Source of the DNA: Planctomycetota bacterium
GTDB lineage: Bacteria > Planctomycetota > UBA8742 > UBA2392
Direction of reading: 5' to 3'
Length of the DNA stretch: 64,000 nucleotides
NCBI GenBank assembly: GCA_020638675.1
Contig: JACKID010000001.1
Span: 2,051,261 to 2,115,260 of the forward strand
Shown piece by piece: positions 17,627 to 27,831 of the stretch (within the stretch, counting starts at the first letter, position 1; each line of letters starts with the position of its first letter). A program made the translations under genes and the position numbers. A model generated the notes under the pieces. It saw nothing but the letters and a program-made list of their open reading frames with translations, had not been told where the DNA came from and searched no databases.

Positions 17627-18702
17627 TGAACGACACGACGCTTAAATATTTCAAGCAGCAGCTTCCGGGACTCGCGGGCGGCTACACGCTCGACGTGCCC
17701 GATTGCGCCATCAAGCTGAACCAGAATGAGAACGCCTGGGACTGGCCCGCGCACCTGAAGCAGGAAGTGTTCGAGCGCGTCCGCGACCTGCCGTGGAATC
17801 GCTACCCGCCGTTTACGCCGGACGCTTTCGTGGGCAAGGTTGCGGCACACATCGGGGCAGAACCGGGACAGGTGCTCGTCGGCAACGGCAGCAACGAGCT
17901 GCTCTATTCCGTGTTCGTCAGCACTCTTGAGCGCGGGCGCAAGGTCGTGATTCCGCAGCCCACGTTCACCGTCTACAAACTGCTGGCGGACCTGCTCGGT
18001 GCGGATGTCGAGACAGCGGGCCTGGACGATGAACTGCAGTACGACTCGGCCGCACTGGAGAAAGCCGCTGAGGACGCAGCGGTCGTCGTCCTGGCGACGC
18101 CCAACAACCCGACCGGAAGCGTGATCGACCCGACCGACCTGGAACATCTGGTCAATACCAGCGGCGCGCTCTGGGTCGTTGATGAAGCCTATTTCGAGTT
18201 TCACGGCGAGACCGCGATTGAGCTTACGCGAAGCTGCCGCAATCTCGTGGTCTTGCGCACGTTCAGCAAGGCGCTCGCGACGGCCGGGCTGCGCTTCGGC
18301 TGCATGGTCTGCCACCCGGAGGCGCGCCCGATCTTCGGCGCTGCGAAGCTTCCCTACAACCTGAACATCTTCACGATGGCCGCGGTCGAGACCGCGATTG
18401 AGAACGCAGTCACCATGAAGACCCGCGTGGAGGAAACCAAACGCGAGCGTGACCGCATCGCACGCAAGCTGCGCGAGTACACCGGCGTGAAGGTCTATCC
18501 AAGCCGCGCAAACTTCATCCTGTTCGAGACCGAGCGCAGCCCGCGTGACGTTTGGAAGGCTATGGTCGAGCGCGGCGTGTTAATCCGCGATGTCTCCGGC
18601 TATCCGCGATTGGGCAAGGCCCTGCGGGTAAGCATCGGGCGGCCGGAAGAAAACGATGCATTCATCAAGGCGCTGGAATACGCGATGACGGTGGTGGCAT
18701 GA
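17626..18702 (+). CDS. hisC: Histidinol-phosphate aminotransferase
   Basis: Start at ATG 17626 (overlapping the hisD TGA) within ORF 17467..18702; class II aminotransferase with the PLP lysine in FSKA; typical HisC N-terminus (IKLNQNENAW). Confidence 0.85.
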   Translation: MNDTTLKYFKQQLPGLAGGYTLDVPDCAIKLNQNENAWDWPAHLKQEVFERVRDLPWNRYPPFTPDAFVGKVAAHIGAEPGQVLVGNGSNELLYSVFVSTLERGRKVVIPQPTFTVYKLLADLLGADVETAGLDDELQYDSAALEKAAEDAAVVVLATPNNPTGSVIDPTDLEHLVNTSGALWVVDEAYFEFHGETAIELTRSCRNLVVLRTFSKALATAGLRFGCMVCHPEARPIFGAAKLPYNLNIFTMAAVETAIENAVTMKTRVEETKRERDRIARKLREYTGVKVYPSRANFILFETERSPRDVWKAMVERGVLIRDVSGYPRLGKALRVSIGRPEENDAFIKALEYAMTVVA

Positions 18703-19292
18703 CGCAGCGCACGGGTACGTTCACCCGCAAGACGGCCGAGACGCAGATCAACGTCGAAATCAACATTGATGGCGAAGGCAGCTACGACGTCGACACCGGC
18801 ATCGGGTTCCTGAACCACATGCTGGAGTTGTTCAGCAAACACGGACTGTTCGACCTTAAGGTGACCTGCAAGGGCGACCTGGAAGTAGACGCGCACCACA
18901 GTGTGGAAGACATCGCCATCGCCATCGGCGAAGCGTTCAAGCAGGCCGCCGGCGACAAGGCGGGCATCAACCGCTATGGCCACGCGTACATCCCGATGGA
19001 TGAGGCGTTGATTCGCTGTGCGCTCGACCTCAGCGGTCGCCCGTACCTGGCGTGCGAGCTCGGCAACATGCAGCGCGAAGAGGTGGGGGGGCTGCCGACG
19101 GAAATGGTCGAGCACTTCTGGCGCAGCTTCAGCACGCACTTCCCGATGAACCTGCACATTGACGTTCTGCGCGGCGACGACACGCACCATATCATTGAGG
19201 GCGTGTTCAAGGCGGTCACCAAGGCCCTGCGCGTTGCGCTGGACTTTGACCCGCGGCGCAAAGGCGTTCCCAGCACCAAGGGCGTGCTATAG
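18699..19292 (+). CDS. hisB: Imidazoleglycerol-phosphate dehydratase (IGPD domain only)
   Basis: 197 aa from ATG 18699 (overlaps the hisC stop); IGPD motifs (RKTAETQI, DTGIGFLNHML, DAHHSVEDIAIA, HHIIEGVFKA). No histidinol-phosphatase domain. Confidence 0.9.
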   Translation: MTQRTGTFTRKTAETQINVEINIDGEGSYDVDTGIGFLNHMLELFSKHGLFDLKVTCKGDLEVDAHHSVEDIAIAIGEAFKQAAGDKAGINRYGHAYIPMDEALIRCALDLSGRPYLACELGNMQREEVGGLPTEMVEHFWRSFSTHFPMNLHIDVLRGDDTHHIIEGVFKAVTKALRVALDFDPRRKGVPSTKGVL

Positions 19293-19294
19293 CC

Positions 19295-19903
19295 ATGGCC
19301 GCCGTCACGATCGTCGATTCCGGCATCTGCAATCTCGCCAGCATCTCGCGCTCGCTGGAGCGGGCAGGTGGGCGGGTGCACGTTGCGTCAGGACCAGAGG
19401 ATCTCACGCTCGCGCAGCGCCTGGTGCTGCCCGGGGTAGGAAGTTTTCCCGCAGGCATGAAGGCGTTGAACGAGCGCGGGCTCAGCGAGGCGATTCGCGA
19501 TTTCGCCGCGACCGGCAAGCCGGTGCTGGGAATCTGCCTGGGCATGCAGCTCCTGTTTGAAACGGGCGAAGAGTTCGAGCCCACAACGGGCCTGGGGCTG
19601 ATTCCAGGTCGGGTGCGAGAGATTCGGGCAGGAGACAATCCTTCACCGCACATGGGCTGGAACCGCGTAAACGTAACGGCCGACGATCCGTTGTTGCGTG
19701 ACCTGCCGGCCGAGCCGTTCCTGTATTTCGTGCACAGCTATGTGTGCGAGCCGGTCGAGGCTTCCGACGTCATCGGCGAGACTGAATACGCGGAGACATT
19801 CTGCAGCGTCGTGCGGCGAGGCAATGTGCGCGGCATCCAGGCGCACCCGGAAAAGAGCCAGCGCTGCGGCGCCAGGCTGCTGGAGAATTTCCTCAAGCTA
19901 TGA
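19295..19903 (+). CDS. hisH: Imidazole glycerol phosphate synthase, glutamine amidotransferase subunit
   Basis: 202 aa; class I GATase (GICLGMQLL with catalytic Cys; HSY; H-E near the C-terminus). Confidence 0.9.
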   Translation: MAAVTIVDSGICNLASISRSLERAGGRVHVASGPEDLTLAQRLVLPGVGSFPAGMKALNERGLSEAIRDFAATGKPVLGICLGMQLLFETGEEFEPTTGLGLIPGRVREIRAGDNPSPHMGWNRVNVTADDPLLRDLPAEPFLYFVHSYVCEPVEASDVIGETEYAETFCSVVRRGNVRGIQAHPEKSQRCGARLLENFLKL

Positions 19904-20634
19904 GCGACTTCACTCTCTATCCGGCCATTGATCTGCGACAGGGGCGCGTCGTCCGCCTGCAGCAAGGCCGCGCCGACGCCGAAACCACATACGGCGAAGA
20001 CGCCATGGAGGTTGCGCGCGAGTTCGAGGCACAGGGCGCCGAGTGGCTGCACGTCGTCAATCTCGACGGCGCGTTCGGCGACGCGAGCGAAAACCTGTCT
20101 GTCCTGAGCACAATCTGCGGCGTCATCGACATCCCCGTCGAATTCGGGGGCGGGCTGCGGTCCGCGAACGACGTCCGGCGAGCGCTCGACCTTGGCGCCG
20201 CCCGCGTGATTCTCGGTACGGTGGCGCTGCGAAAGCCTGAGCTGGTTCGCGAACTGGCCTCAAAGCATGCGGACAAGATCGCGGTCGGAATCGACGCACG
20301 AAACGGCATGGTCGCCGTGGAAGGCTGGGTCGAAACCAGCGAAACCTCGGCCGAAGAGTTGGCCCGCCGCATGATGGATGCCGGAGTGCGGCGCTTCATC
20401 TACACTGACATTGCGCGCGACGGCATGATGGTGGGGCCCGATCTGGACGGTGCCACGAAGCTCGCGCAGGGCGGTGCGGGAGTGATCGCCTCCGGTGGAG
20501 TTGGAACGCTGGAGCATGTGACGTCGGCCGCAACCGCGTCAGGCGTCGAGGGATTGATCGTCGGCAAGGCGTTGTATGAAGGGCGATTTACGGTAAGAGA
20601 GGCGCTGGAGGCGGTGAAAGGAACACGGACATGA
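19900..20634 (+). CDS. hisA: 1-(5-phosphoribosyl)-5-[(5-phosphoribosylamino)methylideneamino]imidazole-4-carboxamide isomerase
   Basis: 244 aa; HisA motifs ([53 protein letters not shown]). Confidence 0.9.
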   Translation: MSDFTLYPAIDLRQGRVVRLQQGRADAETTYGEDAMEVAREFEAQGAEWLHVVNLDGAFGDASENLSVLSTICGVIDIPVEFGGGLRSANDVRRALDLGAARVILGTVALRKPELVRELASKHADKIAVGIDARNGMVAVEGWVETSETSAEELARRMMDAGVRRFIYTDIARDGMMVGPDLDGATKLAQGGAGVIASGGVGTLEHVTSAATASGVEGLIVGKALYEGRFTVREALEAVKGTRT

Positions 20635-21398
20635 GCGACTTCCTGGTGATCCCGGCCATCGAGCTGCGCGGTGGCATGGCCCTGCGCTACGAATCTGTCG
20701 GCATGGGCACGCGCGCCAACCGCGTTGAGCCGATCGGCTTCGCGCGCCAGTTCGTCGAAGCCGGCGCCAGGATGCTGCACGTCTACAATCTCGACGGCCC
20801 GTTCATCGTGAGCCAGGCCGAGCACTCCGGCAGCGTGCTCGCCGGCGCCGAACGCAACCTGACCGTGATGGGCGAGATGGCCAAGACACTCAACGTACCG
20901 ATCCAGGTCAGCGGCGGTATCCGCGATTTCGAGAGCTTCAAGATGATCACGCGGCTTGGCATCCAGCGCGCCGCGATCGGCAGCTCGGCCATGCAGGATC
21001 CGTCGCTGGTCGCCGCCTGTGTTGCCGAAAATGCCGACGCCGCGGTTGTGTACATCGACGCCAAGGATGGCCGTCTTGTTTCGCAGGAGTGGATCAAGGA
21101 CGCAAAGGCCAGCGTGGCCGACGTCGCCGCCAAGGTTCGCGAAGCGGGCGTAAAGCATTTCATCTACCAGGACGTAGCGGCCGACGCGGCCGGCAACGGG
21201 CCTCGGGCAGCCGATGCCGCGCAGGTCGGTGCTGACGTTATTGTCACCGGCGGCGTCCAGACGCTCGACCACATCAAGGCCGCGGCCTCGGTCAGCGGCG
21301 TAAGCGGTGTGCTTGTCGGCAAGCCGCTGATGCAGGGGGAGTTCACCCTGCAGCAGGCCGAAGAATACGCCAAGGCCGGATTCGCGGCGCGAAGCTGA
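20631..21398 (+). CDS. HisA/HisF-family (beta/alpha)8 barrel paralog, divergent; function unknown
   Basis: 255 aa; clear HisA-like fold signatures ([52 protein letters not shown]) but an altered catalytic region (E for D in PAIEL; the RDG Asp is replaced) and a ~25-aa insertion. Sits between hisA and hisF with overlapping stop/start codons. Confidence 0.6.
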   Translation: MSDFLVIPAIELRGGMALRYESVGMGTRANRVEPIGFARQFVEAGARMLHVYNLDGPFIVSQAEHSGSVLAGAERNLTVMGEMAKTLNVPIQVSGGIRDFESFKMITRLGIQRAAIGSSAMQDPSLVAACVAENADAAVVYIDAKDGRLVSQEWIKDAKASVADVAAKVREAGVKHFIYQDVAADAAGNGPRAADAAQVGADVIVTGGVQTLDHIKAAASVSGVSGVLVGKPLMQGEFTLQQAEEYAKAGFAARS

Positions 21399-21400
21399 TC

Positions 21401-22171
21401 ATGCTTGCAAAACGACTCATCGTGTGCCTCGACGTGAAAGACGGCCGCGTCGTGAAGGGCGTGAATTTCGTGGGGCTGCGTGACGCAGGCGACCCAGTTG
21501 AGTGCGCGGTGCGCTACGACCGCGAAGAGGCCGACGAGCTGGTCTTTCTGGACATCACGGCCAGCAGCGACGAGCGCGACACGACCGTCGAGCTGGCCCG
21601 CCGCTGCGCGCTTGAGCTGAGCATTCCCTTCACCATCGGCGGCGGCGTTCGCAGCGTGGACGATTTCGAAAGGCTCCTGCGCGCCGGGGCGGACAAAGTG
21701 GCGATCAACAGCGCCGCCGTGAAGAACCCCGAATTGATCCGCCAGTGCTCGGAGCGCTTCGGCAAGCAGGCAGTTGTGCTCGCCGTGGATGCGCGTCGGA
21801 CCGGCCAGGGCTGGCACGTTTACGTGAAAGGTGGACGAGAGGACACCGGGATGGACGCGCTGGAGTGGATTCGGCAAGGGGTCGCTCTCGGCGCCGGCGA
21901 GATCCTGCTGACCAGCATGGACCGCGACGGCACAGGCAAAGGCTTTGACCTTGATCTCACCCGATCCGCGGCCGAAGCGGTGGCCGTGCCGGTGATCGCT
22001 TCCGGCGGCGTTGGTACACTGGAACATCTGGCCGAAGGCCTGCAAGCCGGGGCGGCTGCGGTGCTCGCGGCCGGGATATTCCATTTCGGGCAGCACAGCG
22101 TCGCGGAAGCCAAGCAGTTTCTGCGGGAGAGACACATCGCCGTGCGCCCGCCGGAGGCTATGCCCGCATGA
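21401..22171 (+). CDS. hisF: Imidazole glycerol phosphate synthase, cyclase subunit
   Basis: 256 aa; HisF motifs ([52 protein letters not shown]). Confidence 0.9.
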   Translation: MLAKRLIVCLDVKDGRVVKGVNFVGLRDAGDPVECAVRYDREEADELVFLDITASSDERDTTVELARRCALELSIPFTIGGGVRSVDDFERLLRAGADKVAINSAAVKNPELIRQCSERFGKQAVVLAVDARRTGQGWHVYVKGGREDTGMDALEWIRQGVALGAGEILLTSMDRDGTGKGFDLDLTRSAAEAVAVPVIASGGVGTLEHLAEGLQAGAAAVLAAGIFHFGQHSVAEAKQFLRERHIAVRPPEAMPA

Positions 22172-23478
22172 GCGACATTACCGAACAGGCGCCGGTCAGC
22201 GGACTGAAGTTCGACAGCAACGGGTTGCTGCCGTGCATCATGCAGGACGCCCGCAGCGGTGAAGTGCTGACGCTGGCGTGGATGAATCTGGAGGCCTTCA
22301 AGCACACGCTCGAGACCGGGCTGGTGACGTTCTATTCGCGCAGCCGCAAACAGCTTTGGACCAAAGGCGAAACCAGCGGCAACATCATGCGCGTGGCCGA
22401 GCTGAAGCTCGACTGCGATGGTGACGCACTGGTCGCCCGCGTGCTGCCGGAAGGTCCGGCATGCCACACCGGCGAAGGCGACTGCTTCTTCCAGACCGTG
22501 TTCAAGAACAAGGCGGTGCTCAGCGAAGTCGAGGGAGCGCCCGCACGGACAGACGGCTGGGGCGCGCGCCTGGGTACACTGATGGATGACGTGCGCACGC
22601 TGCTGCAAGAGCGCAAGGCAACGCTGCCCGAAGGCAGCTACAGCACGTACCTGTTCACCAAGGGTCTCGACAAGATTCTCAAGAAACTCGGTGAAGAGGC
22701 CACCGAGACAATCGTCGCCGCCAAGGGAAGCGACCGCAGTGAGCTGATTGGCGAGATGTGTGACCTCGTGTTCCACCTAATGGTGCTGATGGTGGAAAAG
22801 GAAGTCAGCTTCGAAGACATCCGGCGCGTCATGCAGAAGCGCCACCGCAGCGACGAGGCCAAGGCTTCCCCGGACACTGAGTTGAAGGTCAGTCGCCCGG
22901 TTGAGTGCGAGCCGCTTGAGAAGCGCCTGCTTCAGCAGCTCGATCCCAGCCTTCACCGTGACGTGACGCGCGCGCTGGAAGTCATGTACCGCGCGCACAA
23001 GGGTCAGCTGCGCGACGGGGGACTGCCCTACGCGACCCACCCGCTGGAGGTTGCACTGGTGGCCGTCGAGGACGTCAAGCTTCGCGAGCGCGACGAGATC
23101 ATCACGGCGCTGCTGCACGACGTGCTCGAAGACGACATGGAAACCACGCCGGCCGAGTTGACCGACAAGTTCGGCGAAAAGGTTTCGGCCGGGGTCGTGC
23201 TGCTGACCAAGATGTACAAGCGCGACGGCTCACCCAAAGAGCTGGGGCTGCAGCGCTACTATCAGGGCCTGCGCACGGCGCCTGGCTGGGTGCGCGCGAT
23301 CAAGATGTGCGACCGTGTGCACAACCTGCGGTGCCTGCCGGACTCCGGCCGCAGTGCCGAAGAGATCGCCCACTATGTGAAGGAATCACGGGCGCACCTG
23401 CTGCCCCTTGCGGCCAGCACGACGGACCAGCGGCTGCTGCGCGCCGGCGACCTGCTGTTGAAGGAACTCTACAAGTAG
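22168..23478 (+). CDS. hisIE: Tri-domain fusion: phosphoribosyl-AMP cyclohydrolase (HisI) / phosphoribosyl-ATP pyrophosphatase (HisE) / C-terminal RelA-SpoT-type HD hydrolase domain (small alarmone hydrolase-like)
   Basis: 436 aa. Residues ~1-110 are HisI ([32 protein letters not shown]). Residues ~125-215 are HisE/MazG-like ([44 protein letters not shown]). Residues ~250-436 match the RelA/SpoT HD domain ([49 protein letters not shown]). Confidence 0.85.
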   Translation: MSDITEQAPVSGLKFDSNGLLPCIMQDARSGEVLTLAWMNLEAFKHTLETGLVTFYSRSRKQLWTKGETSGNIMRVAELKLDCDGDALVARVLPEGPACHTGEGDCFFQTVFKNKAVLSEVEGAPARTDGWGARLGTLMDDVRTLLQERKATLPEGSYSTYLFTKGLDKILKKLGEEATETIVAAKGSDRSELIGEMCDLVFHLMVLMVEKEVSFEDIRRVMQKRHRSDEAKASPDTELKVSRPVECEPLEKRLLQQLDPSLHRDVTRALEVMYRAHKGQLRDGGLPYATHPLEVALVAVEDVKLRERDEIITALLHDVLEDDMETTPAELTDKFGEKVSAGVVLLTKMYKRDGSPKELGLQRYYQGLRTAPGWVRAIKMCDRVHNLRCLPDSGRSAEEIAHYVKESRAHLLPLAASTTDQRLLRAGDLLLKELYK

Positions 23479-23479
23479 G

Positions 23480-26400
23480 TCACACGCGGGAGTCGTGCAG
23501 GTCGCTGTCGGCTTCCGGCAGCTTTTCAGGCGCCTCGGACTGCTTCGACCTGCCGCGCTTGAACCAGCCAAGCAAGTCATCCAGCAGCACATAGAACGCA
23601 GGCACCACGAGCAGACTCAACGCCGTCGCGACACCCATGCCGCCAAGCACACCGATTGCCATCGGCCGTCGAATCTCGCCACCCGGCCCAAGCGCCATTG
23701 CCGCCGGCAACGCCGCCATCATGGTGGCCACGCTGGTCATCAGGATCGGGCGCAAACGAATCGGCCCGGCCTTCTGCATTGCTTCGCGCGTCGACAGCCC
23801 CTTCAGGCGCAACTGGTTGGCGTAGTCGACGAGGATGATCGAGTTCTTCTTGGCGATGCCGATCAGCAGCAACAGCCCGATCATGCTGAAAATGTTCAAC
23901 GTCTGACCTGTCGAGATAAGCGCCAGGGTCGCACCCGCAACGGTAATCGGCACGATGGTCAGCACGGTCACCGGGTGCCAGAAACTGTTGAACTGCGCGG
24001 CCAGCACCATGTAGGCCACGAGAATGCCCATCAGCATCGCGAAGATCAGGCTCTGGATCGCGTTGTTGTAGTCCGCGGCGGCGCCGCTCATGACGACGCG
24101 ATAGCCCTCGGGCAACTTGGCGCCGAGTTCTTTGCCTTTCTGAAGCGCCTCGTCCTGTGTATGGCCCGCGCCGGGGTTGCCCATGATGGTGATCGAGCGT
24201 TCGCGGCCTTCGCGATTGATGCTCTGGAGTACGGGGCGTTCTTCATGCCTTACCAGCAGCGAAAGCGGTACAAGCTTGCCGTTGCTGCTGCGCACCTGCA
24301 GTCGCTCGATGTCGGCGGGGCTCTGGCGCTGCTCCTTCAACAGTCGCAGTCGTACATCCAGGCGACGCCCGGAGTCGGAGAACTTGCCCACACGAACGCC
24401 GCCGATCAGTGCGTTCAACGTAACGGCCACGTCCTGCACCGGCACACCAAGATCGGCCGCGCGATCGCGGTCCGGCGTGATGCGCAGCTCGGGCATGCCG
24501 ACCTGGTAGTTGGTGTCCACGTCGGTCGCATAGCCGCTGTCCTCAAGCTCCTGGGCGAGCTGCTGCGACAACTCACCGAGTTTCTCGAAGTCGGGGCCGC
24601 GCACGGAGAACTCGATCGGGTAGCCGCGCCGCGCGGCAAAGCCGCTCTGCGACAGGTCCTGCACGCGGGCCTTCACGCCCGGAATCGAGTTGATCGCCTT
24701 GCCCAGCTCCGCGCCGATTTCGTTCTGCGTCATGTCGCGCTCATCGGGCGGCACGAGCGTCACGAACATGCGGCCCTCGTTGACGTTGCCACCGCTGAAA
24801 CCGCCCACGATGGCGAATGCGCGCTTCACGTACTTGTGGTTGTTGACGATCTCTTCGGCCTTCTTGAACAGGTCGTCACTCTCTTCCATGTTGCTGCCGA
24901 CGGCCGACTTCAGTGAAACCATCAGGCGGCTCTGGTCCTGGCTGGGCACAAACTCCTGCGGCATCACAAACATCAGCCACATCGCCCCGGCGAAAACACC
25001 ACCGGCGACCAGCAGCACGAAAGCCGGGAAACGCACGGTGGGCTTCAGCGCGCGGTCGTACAGGCCCTTGAGCCCGTCGAAAGCCTTGTCCGCCAGCTTG
25101 CCCATGCCCTTGCGTTCCAGCTTGCCGGTGTCGCGCAGAAGTTGCGCACAGCGCGCCGGGGCAAGGGTGACCGCTTCGATGTAGCTGAACATCACCGCAA
25201 GGCTGAGCGTAACGCCGAATTGCAGGAAGAACCGCCCGATCACGCCGTCCATGAAAATGACCGGCACAAAGATGGCGATCACGGCCACCGTCGCGGCCAG
25301 CGCCGCGAACGCAATTTCTGTCGTACCGCCGATGGAGGCTTTCAGTCGGTCCGCGCCCTCTTCGCTGTGACGGAAAATGTTCTCCATCACCATGATTGCG
25401 TCATCGACCACGATGCCGACCGCCAGTGCCAGCGCCAGCAGCGTGAACGTATTGAGGGTAAACCCGAGGAAGTAGATCACGGCAATTGTGCCGAGCAGCG
25501 ACATCGGGATTGCCAGGATGACGTTGAGCGTGCTGCTAAGCGATCCAAGGAATATCCAGCAGACCAGCGCGGTGAGCAGCACGGCGAGAATCAGTTCGAA
25601 TTCGATCTCGTGAACGGATTCCTCGACGAACTTCGTCGAGTCAAAGTTGATGCCAAGCTCCATGTCTTCGGGCAGCCCGGCGCGAATATCCTCCAGCTCG
25701 GCGCGCACGGCTTGCGCAACGGCGACGGCGTTGGCACCGCGCTGCTTGCGGATGCCCAGGCCCTGCGCGGGTACGCCGTTCACACGCGACATGCGGCGCT
25801 CGTCCTCGAAGCCGTCTTCGACCAGCGCGACCTCGTGCATGTACGTGGGGACACCGTCCACTTCACGAATCACGAGGTTGCGCAACTGGTCAAGATGCAG
25901 TGCCTCGCCCATTACCCGAACGTTCACTTCACGCCCGACGGTTTCCATGCGCCCGGCGGGCAGCTCAACGTGCTCGCGGCGCAGGGCATTCGTGATATCC
26001 GCAACGGTAAGACCCTTGCCCGCCAGCTTGTCGGCATCCACCCAGATGCGCACGTTGCGCTCAAGGTAGCCGCCGAGAGTTACTTCGCCGACGCCCTCGA
26101 TTGTCTGCAGCCGCTCCATCACGCGATAGCGCACCGTGTCAGCCAGCTTCTGGCGCGAATACGGCCCGCTCAGGCTGATGTACATGATAGGGCGATCTTC
26201 CGGGTTGGTCTTGCGCACTACCGGCGGGTCGATGTCTTCCGGCAGGCGCCGCTGGGCCTGGGCGATCACCGCCTGCACTTCCTGCACGGCGAGGTCGATG
26301 TCGCGGTCGATCTGGAACTCAATCGTAACCTGCCCGCGCCCCTGTTCGGATTCGCTGGTGATGTTCTGGACGCCCTCGACCTGCACGAGAGCCTCTTCGA

Positions 26401-26599
26401 GGATCTCGACCACGTCCTGCTCAACGGCTTCCGGTGCGGCATTTTCCCAATCGACGCTGATGCTTACATTCGGGTAGTCAACGTCCGGGAACTGGCTGAT
26501 TCCGATTCGCATGGCCGCCACGACGCCAAAGACGATGGTCGCGCCCATGATCATCCAGGCGAGCACCGGTTTGCGAACGCAGAGCTCGGTCAGCTTCAT
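23480..26599 (-). CDS. Efflux RND transporter permease subunit (AcrB/CzcA family)
   Basis: 1039 aa, 12-TM RND architecture with two large periplasmic loops; RND motifs throughout. Confidence 0.9.
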   Translation of the reverse strand: MKLTELCVRKPVLAWMIMGATIVFGVVAAMRIGISQFPDVDYPNVSISVDWENAAPEAVEQDVVEILEEALVQVEGVQNITSESEQGRGQVTIEFQIDRDIDLAVQEVQAVIAQAQRRLPEDIDPPVVRKTNPEDRPIMYISLSGPYSRQKLADTVRYRVMERLQTIEGVGEVTLGGYLERNVRIWVDADKLAGKGLTVADITNALRREHVELPAGRMETVGREVNVRVMGEALHLDQLRNLVIREVDGVPTYMHEVALVEDGFEDERRMSRVNGVPAQGLGIRKQRGANAVAVAQAVRAELEDIRAGLPEDMELGINFDSTKFVEESVHEIEFELILAVLLTALVCWIFLGSLSSTLNVILAIPMSLLGTIAVIYFLGFTLNTFTLLALALAVGIVVDDAIMVMENIFRHSEEGADRLKASIGGTTEIAFAALAATVAVIAIFVPVIFMDGVIGRFFLQFGVTLSLAVMFSYIEAVTLAPARCAQLLRDTGKLERKGMGKLADKAFDGLKGLYDRALKPTVRFPAFVLLVAGGVFAGAMWLMFVMPQEFVPSQDQSRLMVSLKSAVGSNMEESDDLFKKAEEIVNNHKYVKRAFAIVGGFSGGNVNEGRMFVTLVPPDERDMTQNEIGAELGKAINSIPGVKARVQDLSQSGFAARRGYPIEFSVRGPDFEKLGELSQQLAQELEDSGYATDVDTNYQVGMPELRITPDRDRAADLGVPVQDVAVTLNALIGGVRVGKFSDSGRRLDVRLRLLKEQRQSPADIERLQVRSSNGKLVPLSLLVRHEERPVLQSINREGRERSITIMGNPGAGHTQDEALQKGKELGAKLPEGYRVVMSGAAADYNNAIQSLIFAMLMGILVAYMVLAAQFNSFWHPVTVLTIVPITVAGATLALISTGQTLNIFSMIGLLLLIGIAKKNSIILVDYANQLRLKGLSTREAMQKAGPIRLRPILMTSVATMMAALPAAMALGPGGEIRRPMAIGVLGGMGVATALSLLVVPAFYVLLDDLLGWFKRGRSKQSEAPEKLPEADSDLHDSRV

Positions 26600-27714
26600 G
26601 GCTTGGCTCCAGCGGGAGCACCTGCAGTGCTGTCCTTCTGGCCGGCAATCTTCACGGCCGCGCCATCGCGCAGCGCGTCTGCGCCGCGTACTACGACCAC
26701 TTCACCGGGCTCGACACCGCTTCGTACTTCGATGCGCCCGTCCGGCGTGCGCAATCCGATTTCGATCACGCGTTCGTGGGCTTTGCCGTCTTTCACGACA
26801 TATACGAGCATGCCCTTCTCACTGGCGCGCACGGCCGTTTCGGGCACGGTGGGGGCGTTGGGACTGGAGCCCACGGGAACTTTCACCAGTGCGAAACTTC
26901 CGGGAGTCAAGGTCGAGGCCGGCTCACCACTGACTTCTGCCGTCACGTTGACCATGCGGGTCGCGGGATCGGCGGACGCCCCGATGTGGATTATGGACGC
27001 GGTGTACTCGGCTTTCTCCCCGCTCACGCTAAAGCGCGCCTCCATGCCCTTGGCCATGGCGGACGCCGCCTCTTCGGGCACGGTGAACTTCAGCAGTAAT
27101 GGATCGCGCCGGAGCAGGCGTGCGATCACCGTGCCGGGCTGGACCCACTGCCCGGTCTGCACGAGGCGCGACTGAATGATGCCCGCGATCGGTGATGTCG
27201 GGGTGGCGTTCTGCAGGTCAAGCTCAGCCTGTGAGAATTCGGCGGCGCGCTCGCGCTCATTCGCCTCCGCTACGGCGACCTTGGTGCGCCACGCCTCAAT
27301 TTCCTCTTTTGAGAAGATGGAGCCCTTGGGGTCCTCGCGGCGCTTGAGGCCTTCCTGGGCCTCCTTCAGCTCCGCCTTCGCCCGGTCGTGGGCGGCCTGC
27401 GCGGCGTTGTATGAGTACTGAAAGCGTTTGGGTTCGATCTCGGCCAGAACGGTTTCGGGAGTAACGGCCTGGCCTTCGCGAAAGTTGATTTTCTCGACCA
27501 CGCCCTGGACCTGCGCCGTGATCAGCACCTCTTCAAAGGCGTCAACCGAGCCGGTGGCGCTGACCACGTACTCGACCTTGCGGCCCTCAATCGTTTCAAC
27601 ACCGACGGGGAAGGCGCGTGCCTTTGGCGCACCCGAGCCGCCGTCGTCGTCGCCACCGCAGGCTGCCACCAGTGCCGCGAGGCACGCACAAGCCAAAATG
27701 GACACCAGCCTCAT
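26596..27714 (-). CDS. Efflux RND transporter periplasmic adaptor subunit (membrane fusion protein), lipoprotein
   Basis: Start placed at Met45 (MRLVSILACACLAALVAACGG lipobox) because the first 44 codons of ORF 26596..27846 run into the tRNA-Val gene. HlyD-family coiled-coil and beta-barrel regions present. Overlaps the RND permease by 4 nt. Confidence 0.8.
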   Translation of the reverse strand: MRLVSILACACLAALVAACGGDDDGGSGAPKARAFPVGVETIEGRKVEYVVSATGSVDAFEEVLITAQVQGVVEKINFREGQAVTPETVLAEIEPKRFQYSYNAAQAAHDRAKAELKEAQEGLKRREDPKGSIFSKEEIEAWRTKVAVAEANERERAAEFSQAELDLQNATPTSPIAGIIQSRLVQTGQWVQPGTVIARLLRRDPLLLKFTVPEEAASAMAKGMEARFSVSGEKAEYTASIIHIGASADPATRMVNVTAEVSGEPASTLTPGSFALVKVPVGSSPNAPTVPETAVRASEKGMLVYVVKDGKAHERVIEIGLRTPDGRIEVRSGVEPGEVVVVRGADALRDGAAVKIAGQKDSTAGAPAGAKP

Positions 27715-27831
27715 GCGGCTTCCCCTCGGGTACATATCTCGCTTATACGCTGCGAGCCTTTGCAACAGACTCGATATCGCCGATATTCCAGCCGTTGTTC
27801 TGCGACGGCTTTGCGCTATCTTTACGCCCGC

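Noticed and set aside
21164-22776. Long minus-strand ORFs (21164-22135, 323 aa; 21820-22776, 318 aa) antisense to hisF/hisIE
   Set aside because: Shadow ORFs inside a conserved operon on the + strand; no motifs.
23495-27175. Large + strand ORFs (23495-24916, 473 aa; 25142-27175, 677 aa) antisense to the RND permease/adaptor genes
   Set aside because: His/Arg/Ala-rich low-complexity translations opposite an unmistakable 1039-aa RND transporter; artefacts of GC-rich sequence.
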